Below are positions 49,847-62,955 of a stretch of 64,000 nucleotides of DNA, piece after piece. Where the stretch lies: assembly GCA_964016885.1 (NCBI GenBank), contig OZ024740.1, positions 308,698,001-308,762,000 of the forward strand. Direction: 5' to 3'. The notes beneath the pieces are model-generated. The model searched no databases and was not told where the DNA came from. It saw nothing but the letters and a program-made list of their open reading frames with translations. Within the stretch, counting starts at the first letter, position 1; the number at the start of each line of letters is the position of its first letter. This DNA comes from Eledone cirrhosa (lineage: Eukaryota). The position numbers and the translations under genes were made by a program.

Positions 49847-49989
49847 GAAACAGATGTTAAATAATGATGACGATGATGATATTAAACTTATTATTTATTC
49901 TAATTGTACCTTCACATCACAACTACCCAGTCGTTTTACTTTAGCTAATTGTGATGTTCTATAAATGCTATTTATACACAAGGAGGGAG

Positions 49990-50200
49990 GATTGGCAGAA
50001 TCGGTAGAGCATCGGATAACATGCTTTGCAGCATATAGTTACGGCTCTTTACATTCTGAGTTCTAATCCCGCTGAGGCTAGCTTTGCCTTTCATCCTTAC
50101 AAGGTTGGTAAATAAAGTACCAGTAACATGCTGGGATTGATTTAATCAACTTTCCCTTCCCTTCAAACTGCTGACCTTGTGCCTAAAGTAGAAACAATTA
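49990..50200 (+). mobile_element. SINE family A
   Basis: tggcagaatcgg, gagttctaatcc, ccttgtgcctaaagtagaaacaattat. Confidence 0.8.
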
Positions 50201-50321
50201 TTTATTCATTCACAGAGTATAATCTTCCTCCCCTCTCTCTCTCTCCACCACACCACCACTACAACACACCAACACACCACTACGACACTACAATATTCAC
50301 ACTTCACATTTATCATTTCAG

Positions 50322-50390
50322 TTAAAAGCTGCTTTGGAGAACAGAAAAGATTTATTTGAAAATGTCAACATTGACTGGGATCTTATGGTG
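50322..50390 (+). CDS. ASAP: ASAP exon (LKAALENRKDLFENVNIDWDLMV)
   Basis: tttcag|TTA...GTG|gtaagt; resembles ASAP1 FNPHVHVEYEWNL. Confidence 0.9.
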
Positions 50391-51809
50391 GTAAGTCTAG
50401 ATTTAGCCCTGTCTCCTTATATCATGATGGTATGACCCCGACCCATCCTATTTATTTTATAAAATATGGGATTTCTTTTTTGTCATATATTATGTTTTTT
50501 AATGTATAAAGAAAATTGTCACAAGAATGCTACTACTTAAAATAAAATTTCATGGGAGATAGATTAGCAAAATTTAGTAAGCGGGTGGGGGTGAATAAGA
50601 GGGCTGGTTTGAAAATTTAATAAGCGTGGAGACCCAAGAGTAAATATTGACAACAGGCAAGCAACTGACTAATTGCTGGCAACTCAGTAATAATAGGAAT
50701 TAAATAATTGCTTGCAGTTAATAGGAATATATTTATTGTTGAACCGAAGTATACAATGATAAAAGTTTTTTTTTAAGGATTGAAATAATGGGAAGAGAGA
50801 AAAAAGAAAGAAAAAAATTAAGTAACATAAAAGGGAGAAGGTAAGAGATGACTTTACATCCTTGGCTATGTGGTATATCTCAGCTGCACTCTGTGAACAA
50901 GATGGGGAAAGTATTGCTGGAGAGAAAAGCCTGCAATACCCACTGCATCAGCTATGCTATCTGTTAGGGCTCTTTCATCGGGTGGGATACACTTCCCCCA
51001 GTTTTACAGAAGAAAACAGCAGTATGGAGACAGGAGACTGAGGACACTGGAGGTTTCAGTGGTGACCAACATAATAATGGTATTCAAAACATGGTAATTG
51101 AATATCTTCTGCTCCTCTACAATATGGGCAGCAGTGGTCAGGTTTGTGGTCGAAGTAACAAGACTGAAATAATAGTAGCTACTAGATTGCTGACAATTGA
51201 ATGGCAATTTAAATATTGCTGGCAACTCAATAACAGCAACTGACTGCAATTGCAGTCTTCACCTCTACCTCTTCTCTATCTAGTAGTCTACAGCAAAGGT
51301 GGGTTAGGGTATGGGATCCTTGAAATTGTTTGTTCCCAGCCTTTCTGCCTATACCAGCATATAAATATGAACATGTGTAAGTATTCTCATGTGGGGCATA
51401 TTCAAAATAAAACTTCATTCTCAGCTACTTTTCTATAGATGTTGACCATCATTAATCCTTTAGCATTTAAACTGGCTGTATTCAGCCAGAATTCTCTCAC
51501 CTCTTTCTGTTTTAACCGGCTGTAACCAGTCTCTCATACTGATGTTAAGGTGTTGTTGTCAAAATAAATAAAATCAAAATCTCATAGATTCTATATTATG
51601 TGAGGTAAAGCCTTTACCATGAAAATACAATAGTAAATAGAGTAATGTAAATAGTAAGGATTTAACATGCTCTCTCTCTCCCATTTTTGAGGAGTCAAGA
51701 TGCCAAATATTATATTATTATAATCATAATTATCACCATTATCACTATTACCCTTATCATCACTATCAACACCACAATCATTATTATTATTATTATTATT
51801 ATCATCAAG

Positions 51810-51995
51810 GGTTGCCAGTATCAGTAGAGGGTCGGACGCCATACTTTGACGCAAAGAGTTATGTCCCTTTACGATCTGAGTTCAAATCCCGCCGAGGTTA
51901 ACTTTGCCTTTCATCCTTACGGGGTCGATAAAATAAAGTACCAGTAATGCACTGGGTTAATTGTTAGCCTTGTGCCAAAAGTAGAGACAATTATT
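51810..51995 (+). mobile_element. SINE family A
   Basis: Near-identical to 3773-3960. Confidence 0.85.
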
Positions 51996-52073
51996 ATTAT
52001 TATCATTATCACCATTACCACCACCAACATTATCATCATTGTATTAATCATCAATATAATCATTACATTACAG

Positions 52074-52121
52074 GAGGAGCCCCAATATCAAATTGACTGT
52101 TACAGTGATGATGATATTGAT
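52074..52121 (+). CDS. ASAP: ASAP exon, acidic stretch (EEPQYQIDCYSDDDID)
   Basis: ttacag|GAG...GAT|gtaagt; resembles ASAP1 EEIDESDDDLD. Confidence 0.88.
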
Positions 52122-52289
52122 GTAAGTAATATCTTTACTAGATATATTTCTTGTGGCTATATATCTTATGACTGTATATCTGTGGTATATATGATGTGAC
52201 AATCTGTATATCTGTTGGATTTGTTCATTATATCTGGTGTCACTGTTTGTATATCTGTTACGACACCCTATGTTTATTGTGATTATCTA

Positions 52290-52324
<35 letters not shown>

Positions 52325-52456
52325 TGACTATATATGTGTTGTCACTGTCTGTATTTCTATTACGACACCCTATGTTTATTGTGACTATATCTCTTATGAC
52401 TGTCTTTATGTATGTTGTAACTGACTGTCTATCTGTCGTTATTGTCTATATATAGC

Positions 52457-52645
52457 GGTGGATTGGCAGTATCGGTAGAGGGTCAGACGCCATGCTTTGC
52501 AACAAAGAGTTACGGCCCTTTATGGGCTGAGTTCAAATCCTGCCGAGGTTAACTTTGCCTTTCATCCTTACGGGGTCGATAGAATAAAGTACCAGTAATA
52601 CACTGAGATAATTGCTGGCCTTGTGCCAAAAGTAGAAATAGTTAT
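52457..52645 (+). mobile_element. SINE family A, full length
   Basis: Near-identical to 3773-3960; gttattgtctatatat on both sides (likely TSD). Confidence 0.85.
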
Positions 52646-53774
52646 TGTCTATATATCTGTTGTGACTATATATATATTGTGACTGTCTATATATCTGTTG
52701 TGACTGTCTATAAAAGAACATATTTCATTGTGTGAGTATACATTTGTTTATATATGTAAATGTCTCATTACCCTCAAACAAGATTTGAAGGGCCAATCCC
52801 TTAATACAGTTTTTTTTTATATTGATTGAATGATGAATACATTTTCTCCTGTATGGAATGCTGCACTATCTTAGATAATATGTCCAGATGATCTAGTATA
52901 TAATCCTGATTACAGCTAAGTGAATTGAGGCAATGTGTACTTCCTCAAAGACATTGGGATGAGAAATGTATCTTCCCCTGGCTAGGAAGCCAGTCGATCA
53001 CAGGTAATATTGCCAGTTGATCTGATATTTTATTCATGATTACTGCTAAATGAACTGAAGTAATTGTCTTCTGTACCAGAGCCAATGATGTAAAATATAT
53101 CTTCCCTGGATAGGACACTAGTCTACAAAATGTAATATTCCCAGATTAGATGATTCAGTATTTATTCTTCCTTGCAGTTAGATGACTTGAGGTTTAGTCA
53201 ATGAATAAAAAAAAAAAATACAGCCTTAGATATAGTATGATGAGAGATATTTTCCCTGGATAAGACACAAGTCTATCACAGGTAATATTTCCATATGATC
53301 TAGTACCTGTTTTTGATAATTAAATTAACTAAAACAATGAATAATGTGTTCTGACCCAGAAATGTAAAATGTCTTCAAGAAGATTTGAACTCCCAACCTA
53401 TAAATAGGTAGTCCAATACTTATCCTCTTCAGCCATTCCACTCCTCCTTTAACTTTGTGTCATTATAACAGATATATAGGGACTTTTATTACTATTTGAT
53501 ATGGTTCTGTCTTAGTGGTTACCATATTTGTTTAAAAGGTTGAGAGTTCAAAGCTGATTGGAACCCCAATTTGTTACTTTAGAGGGTGAGGTGGATTGGC
53601 AGAATCATTAGTAAAGCAGACAAAATGCTTGAAGGCATTTGTTCCTGTTCTTTATGTTCTGAGTTCAGATCCCACTGAGGCCAATTTTGCTTTTCATCCT
53701 TCTGTAGTTGAGAAAATAAACTGCCAGTCAGGTGCAATGTGATGAAGGTGGGGGGGTCATCTGGTTGACAGTAC

Positions 53775-54190
53775 TCCCCATAGTATGTTGGCTGTTCACA
53801 ATAGGACAATCTTCTGAGCTGTGTAGATGTTGGTGTTGTCTTGGATACTGTTGTTGAACTTTTTAATTGTCTTCATCCTGGGTCCTAAGCCACAGATGAG
53901 CACTGAGATTGTTTTGGTCTTCATGTTAAACATCCTATTGATTTTGATCTCCTGGTCTTTGTAAATAGTCAGCTTCTCTGTGACTTTCATGGAGATGTTT
54001 CTTTCAGATGGTATTGCTATATTGATAAGTATATCCCTCTTATCCATCTTATCCTTTATAAGGATGTCAGGCTTGTTGTTCTTATTTCTGTGTCCATGTG
54101 GATGGTCATGTCCCAGAGGATGGTGACATTGTTGTTGCCAGTAATAGTTCTTAGTTGATGGCTGTACCACTTCTCAATTTAATTCTTCAT
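53775..54190 (-). mobile_element. R4/Dong-like retrotransposon RLE domain fragment
   Basis: NKPDILIKDK...INIAIPSERNI...EKLTIYKD...ICGLG...QKIVLL. Confidence 0.8.
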
Positions 54191-54301
54191 GTCCAGTTTT
54201 ATTTCCTTTGCATGTTTAGCTGAAGATTATCTGTTGAATCTTTGAACAATGCATGTTCTAAGCCAGTGTACCTTGCTGATGTTTTCCATTATTTATTTTA
54301 G

Positions 54302-54467
54302 GGAGTACCAGAGTACAAGAAGCCGCGATCAAGACCGTCAAGTGTGATTGGTATCAATGAGACATCAAGTGCAGCATCGGTTTCTCGAGAGGTTGTTTAT
54401 CGAGATAAAGGAGAACTTGAGACAAGTCGACCTCCTCCATTGCCACCACCTCTAAATAAACCGACAA
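54302..54467 (+). CDS. ASAP: ASAP exon, Pro-rich region (GVPEYKKPRSRPSSVIG...RPPPLPPPLNKPT)
   Basis: ttttag|GGA...A|gtaagc; RSRPSS resembles ASAP1 RSPRPQS; PPPLPP SH3-ligand motif. Confidence 0.88.
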
Positions 54468-55563
54468 GTAAGCTGTGCTTTAATTTACATTCTTCATTGA
54501 CCCTTTCTTTCCTTCGCACACACTCCTCCTTGGCATTTCAACATTTTCAAACCCCATTGCTACGTATGATTTACCATTCTTTACTACTTATTACTGTTGC
54601 TGTTCTTGCTGTTATTATTGTTTTTGCTGTTGTTATTGTTCTTGCTCCTGGTGTTGTTATTGTTGTTGTTGTTGCTATTGGTACTGTTGTTGTTGTTATT
54701 GTTGGGCACTCTTTTCAATGATCATGTTTGCCCAGTTTTGCTTGATGAAAATCTAAAATATTTTCTAAAAACATTCTATGTAAAATAAGAAATAACCAGA
54801 ACAAAACTAAAGAAAAGGAACTAAAAAGTAGAGAGAGCTTTAATTTATGTCCTTTATTATGGACATTGTATCCAGATAATTCAAGACAATTATCATCTGT
54901 TTAATCAAGATTAGTATTGGTTATTGTTAACCTGAGACATATCTCTATTCACTTCACTTTGACTAATTCAAGTTCACTAAATTTGGCCAGCTTCTGTCCT
55001 CTCTACCTGGACAGCTTCCAATAATACTTCTCTACAATGTTGTCACACACAACACACATGTACCTATCGTCACATTAAAAAAACTACAACTCTACACATC
55101 CACATACTTACATACACATACTGATGCATATACGCACATACACACATGAAGACATATGTAATGATATTGATATTCCGCCAGCAAAAAAATACAAGATGAA
55201 TTTATATATATATGTATATAGAAAAATTAGTTACAACAGTGACTCGTCCTATCGACTGAGTGCTCTAAACCCTTGGATATTTATACCAAATTTGTACTAC
55301 AGTATATATATATTTTCTCTCTCTCTCTCTCTAAATATATATAAAGAGAGAGAGGGAGGAGGAAATAGATAGATATATATGTGTGTATATAAATATATAT
55401 ATATATATATACATACACCTACATATATTCATTCAAATAATTTTTATATGTAATTATTTCCTTTATAAATATTTGCAACAAAAAAAGTGTTTTGTTTATA
55501 ATAAAGATATGATTAATTAGAGATTACATAATTTTCATCTGATCCTATTCTGGAATCTTCTAG

Positions 55564-55608
55564 AATTTAAGCTGAAACACTGTCTATCCCGTAGCAAACT
55601 GATGTCAG
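55564..55608 (+). CDS. candidate 45-nt ASAP exon (K-FKLKHCLSRSKLMS)
   Basis: cttctag|AA...CAG|gtaagt consensus donor; symmetric phase 1, in frame with the 54302-54467 exon; no homology recognised. Confidence 0.55.
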
Positions 55609-57486
55609 GTAAGTGTGCAAGCAACTTGCATGAGGCTGAGCACAGTGAAGCTGCTGCTACCATCGCCACTGACACCAAACTGTCATTTCCTCCAGTTCTC
55701 CTGGAGACACTCCTGCATTTACCAACACTAATAATTAACCTTGTTTCTCCTTTCAATCATAATATTTGGGAACAATGGATTCTAGCCTGATCTATGAACA
55801 GTAAAAAATATCTCCTTCATGATATAGCTCCTTGCTTCTTACTGTTATATTGCCATTGTGTAGCCTTTGAGAAGTGGATGCAACCATGACTGGGTGGTTA
55901 AGAAGTTCACTTCTCCTCAACAATGAGGTTCCAAATTCAATCCAACTGTGTGGTATCTCAGGCAAGTGGCTTTACCATAGCCTCAGTTTAATCCAAGCCC
56001 TTTGAGTTAAATTGGGTAAAAGACCTGTAATTCAAAAGATTGACCATTGTTCCATATTTCATCATGTTAATTCAGTTTTGGACTTATATTATGAGTACAT
56101 GTGTCAATGGAATGTTCAGCTACGTACACTCAGGTCCCAAATAATATGGGGTGGGTTGAAAAATCGATAATTTTTCTAGGTTGTCACCCTCAATTTTTTT
56201 TTTTTTAAACTAGAATTAGTCATTTAGTTTACATATTGAGACCCCCAGCCCATCCTATTTATTTTATAACGTATGAGATTTCTAGTAATGTATATTTATT
56301 GATTTTTAACCTTAAGTCAGAGCAGACCTATGATCAAATATATTCCATCCATGACCATCTTGTCATTTTTATATGTAGGAATACACTAACCTATGTGTTT
56401 TTTTACTGTTTAACATGATAGAGTGTGTTTTGAGAGTGATTTGGTTATGATTCGGATATAATATAGTGTATACATAGTATATAGTATATCTTGTTTTTCT
56501 TGTTGATCATTTCCAGGTCAGACATAATTCAGCAAACGTTTGATCAGAGAATTAATATATCTAGGACTGTATTATCTAATCTAAGGTCAACTTTACCTTT
56601 CATCCATTCAAGCTTGATAAAAAAAAGTGCCAGTCTATGACTGGGGTCGATTCTTCCTCTATATCTCTTTCTCACCTCCATTCTCTCTCTATCCTTCTCT
56701 GGAAGAAATCTACTTTATTCAGACCTGGAGAGGATTGAGCTCTGCCAGGTTTTAAAATGCCCTAGAAATGCTGTATTTCAATATGGCACCTCTACGGCTC
56801 CTTAAGGAGTTATGGAACCATGCATGCATAATATCCAATATAAGTGAAACAGATATGAATGAGATGAAGGAGAATGTAGGAGATATTGGATTGAAAGATT
56901 GTATTGTACAGTTGATAGATTCAATGTGTTGCCGTGATGACGTTTGTGTGAAGTGTAGTGATAGTAATTTTGGATAACTTGGGTCATATTCACAGCACCT
57001 GGTTAGCACATTGGAAAAGTCCTCAGCAAAATTTCATTCATACTTGCTCAATTTAGATTTTGATGAAAAGCAAGTATAAAGTAAACAGAGAAATAAAAGC
57101 ATCTATTTTGAAAATAGACTTATTTATTCATCAAATTTGAAAAGATGTTCAAAAAATCAGAAAAATTAATAAACGGGGCATTATACGAGACCCGAGAGTA
57201 AACAAAAAAGTGATCATATCAAGTTAACACTGCAAAGGTATTTGTGTTACTGAAATATAATTATAACTGTTTCTACTTTTGGCACAAGGCCAGCAATTAT
57301 CCCAGTGTATTACTGGTACTTTGAGTTGAAATAAACAAAGTGTGGAGATGAATGATGAGAAATATTAAAAGAAAAGGAAGTACGTGAGTTGTGATAAGAT
57401 GCGTTGATAGGTGTGTAAAGAGTGAGAGAAAGATAAGTTAACTATGTGAGAGAGAGAATAGCTGTAATAGACTTTCTGCTTCACTG

Positions 57487-57811
57487 GCCAGAGAGAAATA
57501 GTAGTCTGCTAGCTGACCATCATGTGGACTTGAGTAATACTCAGAGACCAGCCAGAGAGAAATAGTAGTCTGCTAGCTGACCATCATGTGGGCTTGAGTA
57601 ATACTCAGAGACGAGCCAGAGAGAAATAGTAGTCTGCTAGCTGACCATCATCTGGGCTTGAGTAATACTCAGAGACGAGCCAGAGAGAAATAGTAGTCTG
57701 CTAGCTGACCATCATGTGGGCTTGAGTAATTACTCAGAGACGAGCCAGAGAGAAATAGTAGTCTGCTAGCTGACCATCATGTGGGCTTGAGTAATACTCA
57801 GAGACCAGCCA
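57487..57811. repeat. 64-bp minisatellite, 5 near-identical copies
   Basis: gccagagagaaatagtagtctgctagctgaccatcatgtgggcttgagtaatactcagagacga starting at 57487, 57551, 57615, 57679 and 57744. Confidence 0.95.
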
Positions 57812-57904
57812 CTGTCTACTTGGCTGACAGTGACCTCATGCTGCATTTAGTAAGTTTTGTGGGTTTTAATGATTATTAATATGTGCCAATGCATATGATG
57901 AAGA

Positions 57905-58335
57905 TCATCATCATCATTCAATGTCTGTCTTCCACGCTAGCATGGGTTAGACGGGAATTGTCCCACCTGAGGCAAGATTGATTGGGTGACCGTGTCTCGC
58001 TTGTATAGGACTGTATCTGGCAGGTTTTCTACGGCTGGATGCCCTTCCTAACACCAACCACATTTACAATGTGGACTGGGAGCTTTTTACTGTGTCTCCT
58101 ACACAACCACTTTACAGTATGGACTGGATGCTTTTTGTCGTGACACCTACACGACCTCATTAGTTTGGAACTGGATGTTCTGTGGTACCAACATAACTTT
58201 ACAGAGAAAGGGTGATGGGAGTGGGAGGATGGAGTAGGGGTAGTGGTTTGGGGGTGTATATTGGGTTAAGAGGTGCCTACTGACTGTAGTTTTAACTATG
58301 TATGTAGGGAGGGCAGGTTTTCTGTATTACTACAC
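57905..58335 (-). mobile_element. RTE-like LINE 3' UTR
   Basis: Reverse complement of 40400-40725. Confidence 0.8.
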
Positions 58336-58364
58336 CGTAGTTTCATACAATAACAAAACTGTTC

Positions 58365-58589
58365 AACCCTTTAATGTTCAAACTGGCCAAAACCGGCCAG
58401 AATTCTCTACCTCCTTCTGTTGAAACTGGCTGTAACTAGTCGCTCAAACTGATGTTAAGGTATTGTTCTCAAAATAAATACTTTCAAAATCTTATAGATT
58501 CAATATTATGTGAGATGTTATGTGAGGTAAAGCCTTTACCATGAAAATATAATAGTATATATAGAGAAATGTGAATGCTAAAGGGTTAA
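58365..58589. mobile_element. piggyBac-type MITE (second family)
   Basis: aaccctttaatgttc ... gaatgctaaagggttaa; paralogue at about 51452-51650. Confidence 0.75.
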
Positions 58590-59749
58590 TGAGTGTTTCA
58601 CTATATAGGCTTCTACTTTTTAAGATTGTGAGAAACTTTCAGTCATGTCAGGGCATACAGCCTCCCTATTCCTAGTGATCTACATGATAAACGCACCCAG
58701 TACATACTGTAAAGTGGTTGGTGATAGCATCCAGCCATAGAAAGCTTGCCAAACAAAGTGTAGGAAGGACCCTTAGTTGCGTCAAAAATATGACAACCTC
58801 CCCTGTGCACTGGAGGAAACGTAAGACTGTACATAAGTGAGTCAACAGATCCCTTGCTTGTCTGGGAGATCAGTAGCCACTGCTTCGGTACTGACTTGGT
58901 CTACGTAGATCCGTCCAACCCTTGCTAGCAAGGAAAGTGAATGCTAAAACGATGATGATATGGTGTGCTTTGAGAGAGATTTGGCAGGTGAAGCTACCAT
59001 GTTGAGGTCTCCTTGGTTTCCATTTATTTGTATATCTTATCTGGTGTCTATATTTTACTGGTAACTCTTCCTATGACATCTTAGTTTTACATTGTCATAT
59101 TTAACCCGATTCCTATTCAGCTATACTAGTTGAGATAAGTAAGTAGAGTTGAATGTCCTGCCCAAGGTCTTGCAGTGCTGTCAGATAGGAATTCGGTGAT
59201 CCCAGATACTTCATAATGCTGCCTGCATTAAATAGGATAGCTACAGCTGCTTCCTTTGTAGCAAGATACACTTGGCTAATTTCTTTTAGTAGCTCACTCT
59301 GGTGGAAACCAAAACTTCTTTGGGACTCTCCTTCGTTGGAAATATGTCGTTGTAAATCATGTACATTGATTTTCTTAGATCTTAAAACAAATAAAGGTTA
59401 GATTAGAAGGAAATAGAGAGTTCCTGTTGGTGTAATTCTAGGGAGGAAAAATTGGGCGAGGTGTTTAGTGAGGGATCCTGGAAGTGTGACTGATGTCATC
59501 TTCATCACAGTATACATGTGTATTAATGAAGAGATAGTTTGAGAGATAAGCTTATAGCAAAATTTACACTCGAGCATAACTTCCAAGTAATGTTAACTAA
59601 AACAATCAAGGAATCACCTTTATTATCCTACATGATAATTGATTATCTGAACCATATTTTAACAGGGATAATAACAGATTAATGTAATACAAGAATCCAT
59701 TGGTAAACTTAGTGCAATTCTTTAAAATCTCTTCTTTTTCGACCACTAA

Positions 59750-60305
59750 TTCCTGAGAGGGTTGTGGGGGAAGAGTTCTCAAACACTCCTTCTAGCAATT
59801 CCTGTCAGAAGCAACCATTTACAACTGATCCAGTTGGATCCCCTAGCAAGACCAGCCAAGCTCATGGATGTTATCCAATCATCTTACTCAGGGTCTATTG
59901 CCAACTGGTTTTGCCCATAAAATCTGTCCAGCAATTCTTTCCCGAGACATTCTAACCACATGCCTATAGTACCGAAGCTGTGTGATCTCACCATTCGGAG
60001 AAGTAGTGGCTCTACCTGGGGTAAATCTCTGATCTCTCAGCTATGCACTTGATTAAGTTACTCCAAAGACTATTTCGGGGAATCCCATTTTGGCCTCTTG
60101 TATTTGCGATTGTATTCTTTTGGTCATTACCCAAGATTCATGGCCATAGCTAAGGGTTGGTACAAATAATGAATTGATAATAGCAAGTTTGGCTTTTCCA
60201 CCTATCTCCCTTCTTCTGATTACTGAATGCTGAAGATGATGCATTACTGCACCAGCTCCTGCAATTCTTGCACTTAATTCATCCTCCTGCCTTCCATCAC
60301 TCATG
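59750..60305 (-). mobile_element. RTE-type LINE fragment
   Basis: SDGRQEDELSARI...AKLAIINSLFVPTLSYGHESWVMT; adjacent part related to about 22330-22530. Confidence 0.75.
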
Positions 60306-61589
60306 TTCTTTAAAATCTTTTAATATTATTTTCTCCTAGAAACTTTATATATTTTCAGTCTGTTGGATTTATGATATTACAAGTAACATTACAAATGTTT
60401 CTTTTCATAGAAAATACTCAATGAGAGCTAGAAGTTGTCTCCAAATAAATAGAAAAAATAAACATGCAAGGAAAACTAAGCCAGATATACTTGACATCTA
60501 TCTTCTTTAAAATAGCTTTACTTAATAATTAATTATTAGATATACACCAAACTATAGGCATATGTTAGCGCTTAAAGTTCATTAAACAGTCTAGGTATTA
60601 TATCTAATAATTTATCTAATAATTTTTTGTATGTATTACTTTCCTAAGAATGCTGGAAAGTTGCATAAAATAAAGGTTTGAGTTAAACCAAGCTTACATA
60701 TAACATGGTAAAAATAGCACCTTAATGATAAAGGGAGACTATACCATTTGAAATATGATAGAAATTAGAAGTGAAATGAATGAGTGGATAAGTTATATGA
60801 GTCCAAATTCATTGCAGAAGTTTTATTGTGTTTCTGGGGCAAAACCTTTATTCTACATTGCCTTAATTTGTTTAGCTGTTAGGAATAGTTACCAGATCAT
60901 CTGAGAATATTATTCACGATATGTTGGTGTACCACCAATCAGACAATCCATTTGTCATCATTGCATGCCACGAATTCTGCATTAAGCATTAGTCAACATT
61001 ATCAGCCCCTCAGGCTTCATGAGACATTTTACAAATATAATCTATTGTATAATCAAATAACAAAGATTTGTTTTATATTGCTTTCATTATGAGGACTTTC
61101 TTTATAATATTAACTATTCTCTGTTACTTCACTTCTCTCTCTATTTATCTCTCCCTCTATATCTATCTATCTATCTATCTATTACTTAGTAAATTAAAAC
61201 CTAACATTATGAAATCCCCTTCCCAAATTTAAAATTATATTGTATCATGCAATCTTAAACTCTCTATTATCTTTTATGTCATATATCAATAATTTATCTT
61301 CATATCATATATTTACATCAGGCCAACCTTGTATGATATCATAACCTATAATCATATCCCTCTACAACAGCTGTCTTCTATTACTAAATACTTCACTTAT
61401 CCAACTATCTGCTATCTATAATCTGTTCAAATGCAGCAAGCTCGCTAAAACTTTCTTCAAAGATTTTCTTGTTTCTTTCAATGTATTAATATTGTTCTGT
61501 TAAAATATTATACACAGTAGAGGAGACACTAGACTCCTTTTAGTGTGGCACATTTCTTGGGTTCAAATAAGGGCTGTAGTTAACTGTGC

Positions 61590-62770
61590 TTTGAGAGACA
61601 TGTAGTGCCAATGGAGGAAGACAATGTTCAGATTGGCAGAGTAGTGGGATATTGAAAAGTGAGTAATAAATCAATGTTTAAATAATATAGATAAGGAAAA
61701 GTTAACAATAGTAAATAGGCTTAAAGGGATTATGACACAAGCTGTGATACCCATCATACCTAATCTCAAGACATAATTTATAGAAAGAACCTAAAGCTAT
61801 AAATAATGTTCTTGAGATAATACCCATTCAGAACATAACTGAAACAAGAAATCTATAGACAGTAGCCAATATCATCAAAGAAACAATAGGTTACAGACCA
61901 TGGGAAAACAATAAAGTCAAAGTTATGAAACCCTGGTGAAAACTAAAGATAGAAAATGACATTAAAATGCTATGTAAAAACCTCAGTGAAATTGATGGTT
62001 GGTATAGAGGTGTGTAGAGAAAATGGAAGGAAGAGGAGAAAGACAGGCTGAACAGAAAATGCTGGTTTAGAGGACTAGACCAATATATGGTTATGGAATG
62101 GGTGAAACAAGGAATTATTGCAAACTGTGTAAAAATCCAACAATATATACAAAGAATATTTCAGTTCTAACAGAACAGATTATTTGAAAGTAGTCAAAAG
62201 TAAATTTTTAAAGCCTAACAGGTGATAGTGCTTAAGATTTACCACCTGACCAACATGAAACTATGACTTTCTGGAGCAACCTATGGGGAACACCTGTGAA
62301 CCACAATGTAAACATTGAGTGGATTAATGATATCTAAAGACAGCTTGAAGAAGTACACAACCAAGATCTAGTTACTATAAGTAGGGATGACATCAATACA
62401 CAGAGTAAAAGATTGCTTAACTGGAACTCCAGAAGATGGCATCCATGGTTACTATTATTTTAACACACTGTATAAAATGAATATGTTGGCACAGAATGAG
62501 GTGCCAACATGGACAGTTGGCTGAAAGGCTGACCACTCATATTATGAAAGACTATGAAAGTCCTGTAACTGGAAATTACAGACCTATTACCTGCTTTAAA
62601 AACTGGAATACTGTCTGAGAAAACATACCATTGCCTATTAACCAACAATTTCCTTCATATAGATTAAAAAAGCAGCAAAGAAAAAAAATCAGTGGGAACA
62701 AAGGATCCTTTTATAATGGATAACTCATTGATAGGAAATTGTAAATCACAGAAGACAAACCTGGCCTAGC
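61590..62770 (+). mobile_element. decayed R4/Dong-like retrotransposon ORF
   Basis: Fragments FWSNLWGTPVNHN..EWI, GIHGYY, NYRPITC, GTKDP, NCKSQKTNL; many stops. Confidence 0.65.
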
Positions 62771-62855
62771 ATTTCTCACAAAAGGATAACTCGTCTAGTC
62801 TAACCTATGCTAGCATGGAAAAATGGACATTAAATGGTGATGATGATGATGACAT

Positions 62856-62871
<16 letters not shown>

Positions 62872-62943
<72 letters not shown>
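62872..62943. repeat. (CA)n microsatellite
   Basis: Pure CA run. Confidence 0.95.
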
Positions 62944-62946
<3 letters not shown>

Positions 62947-62955
62947 TGTGTGTGT

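Larger units (their letters stand above)
5137..54467 (+). other. ASAP: ASAP-family Arf-GAP gene (BAR-PH-ArfGAP-ANK-Pro-rich; ASAP1/2 homologue), partial, 19 exons in window
   Basis: 19 exons with canonical AG/GT ends and consistent phases join into 677 codons collinear with vertebrate ASAP1 (KGVKGDLKKPFDK, GYSLHQLQGNK, LNLLTCQVK, NRTYHFQA, CX2CX16CX2CX4R, GNTALH, SDDD). The start and SH3 exons were not found in the window. Confidence 0.96.

Noticed and set aside
56752-57100. Possible transposase fragment within the 56128-57200 element
   Set aside because: No recognisable DDE or HTH motif in the short ORFs; left unassigned.
57487-57811. CRISPR-like or hammerhead-like array
   Set aside because: Units are contiguous with no unique spacers, no cas genes are present, the context is eukaryotic, and there is no CUGANGA...GAAA core.
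60359-60382. Possible 24-nt phase-1 microexon (tttcag|...|gtaaca)
   Set aside because: Weak donor, no homology, and expected by chance in AT-rich DNA.
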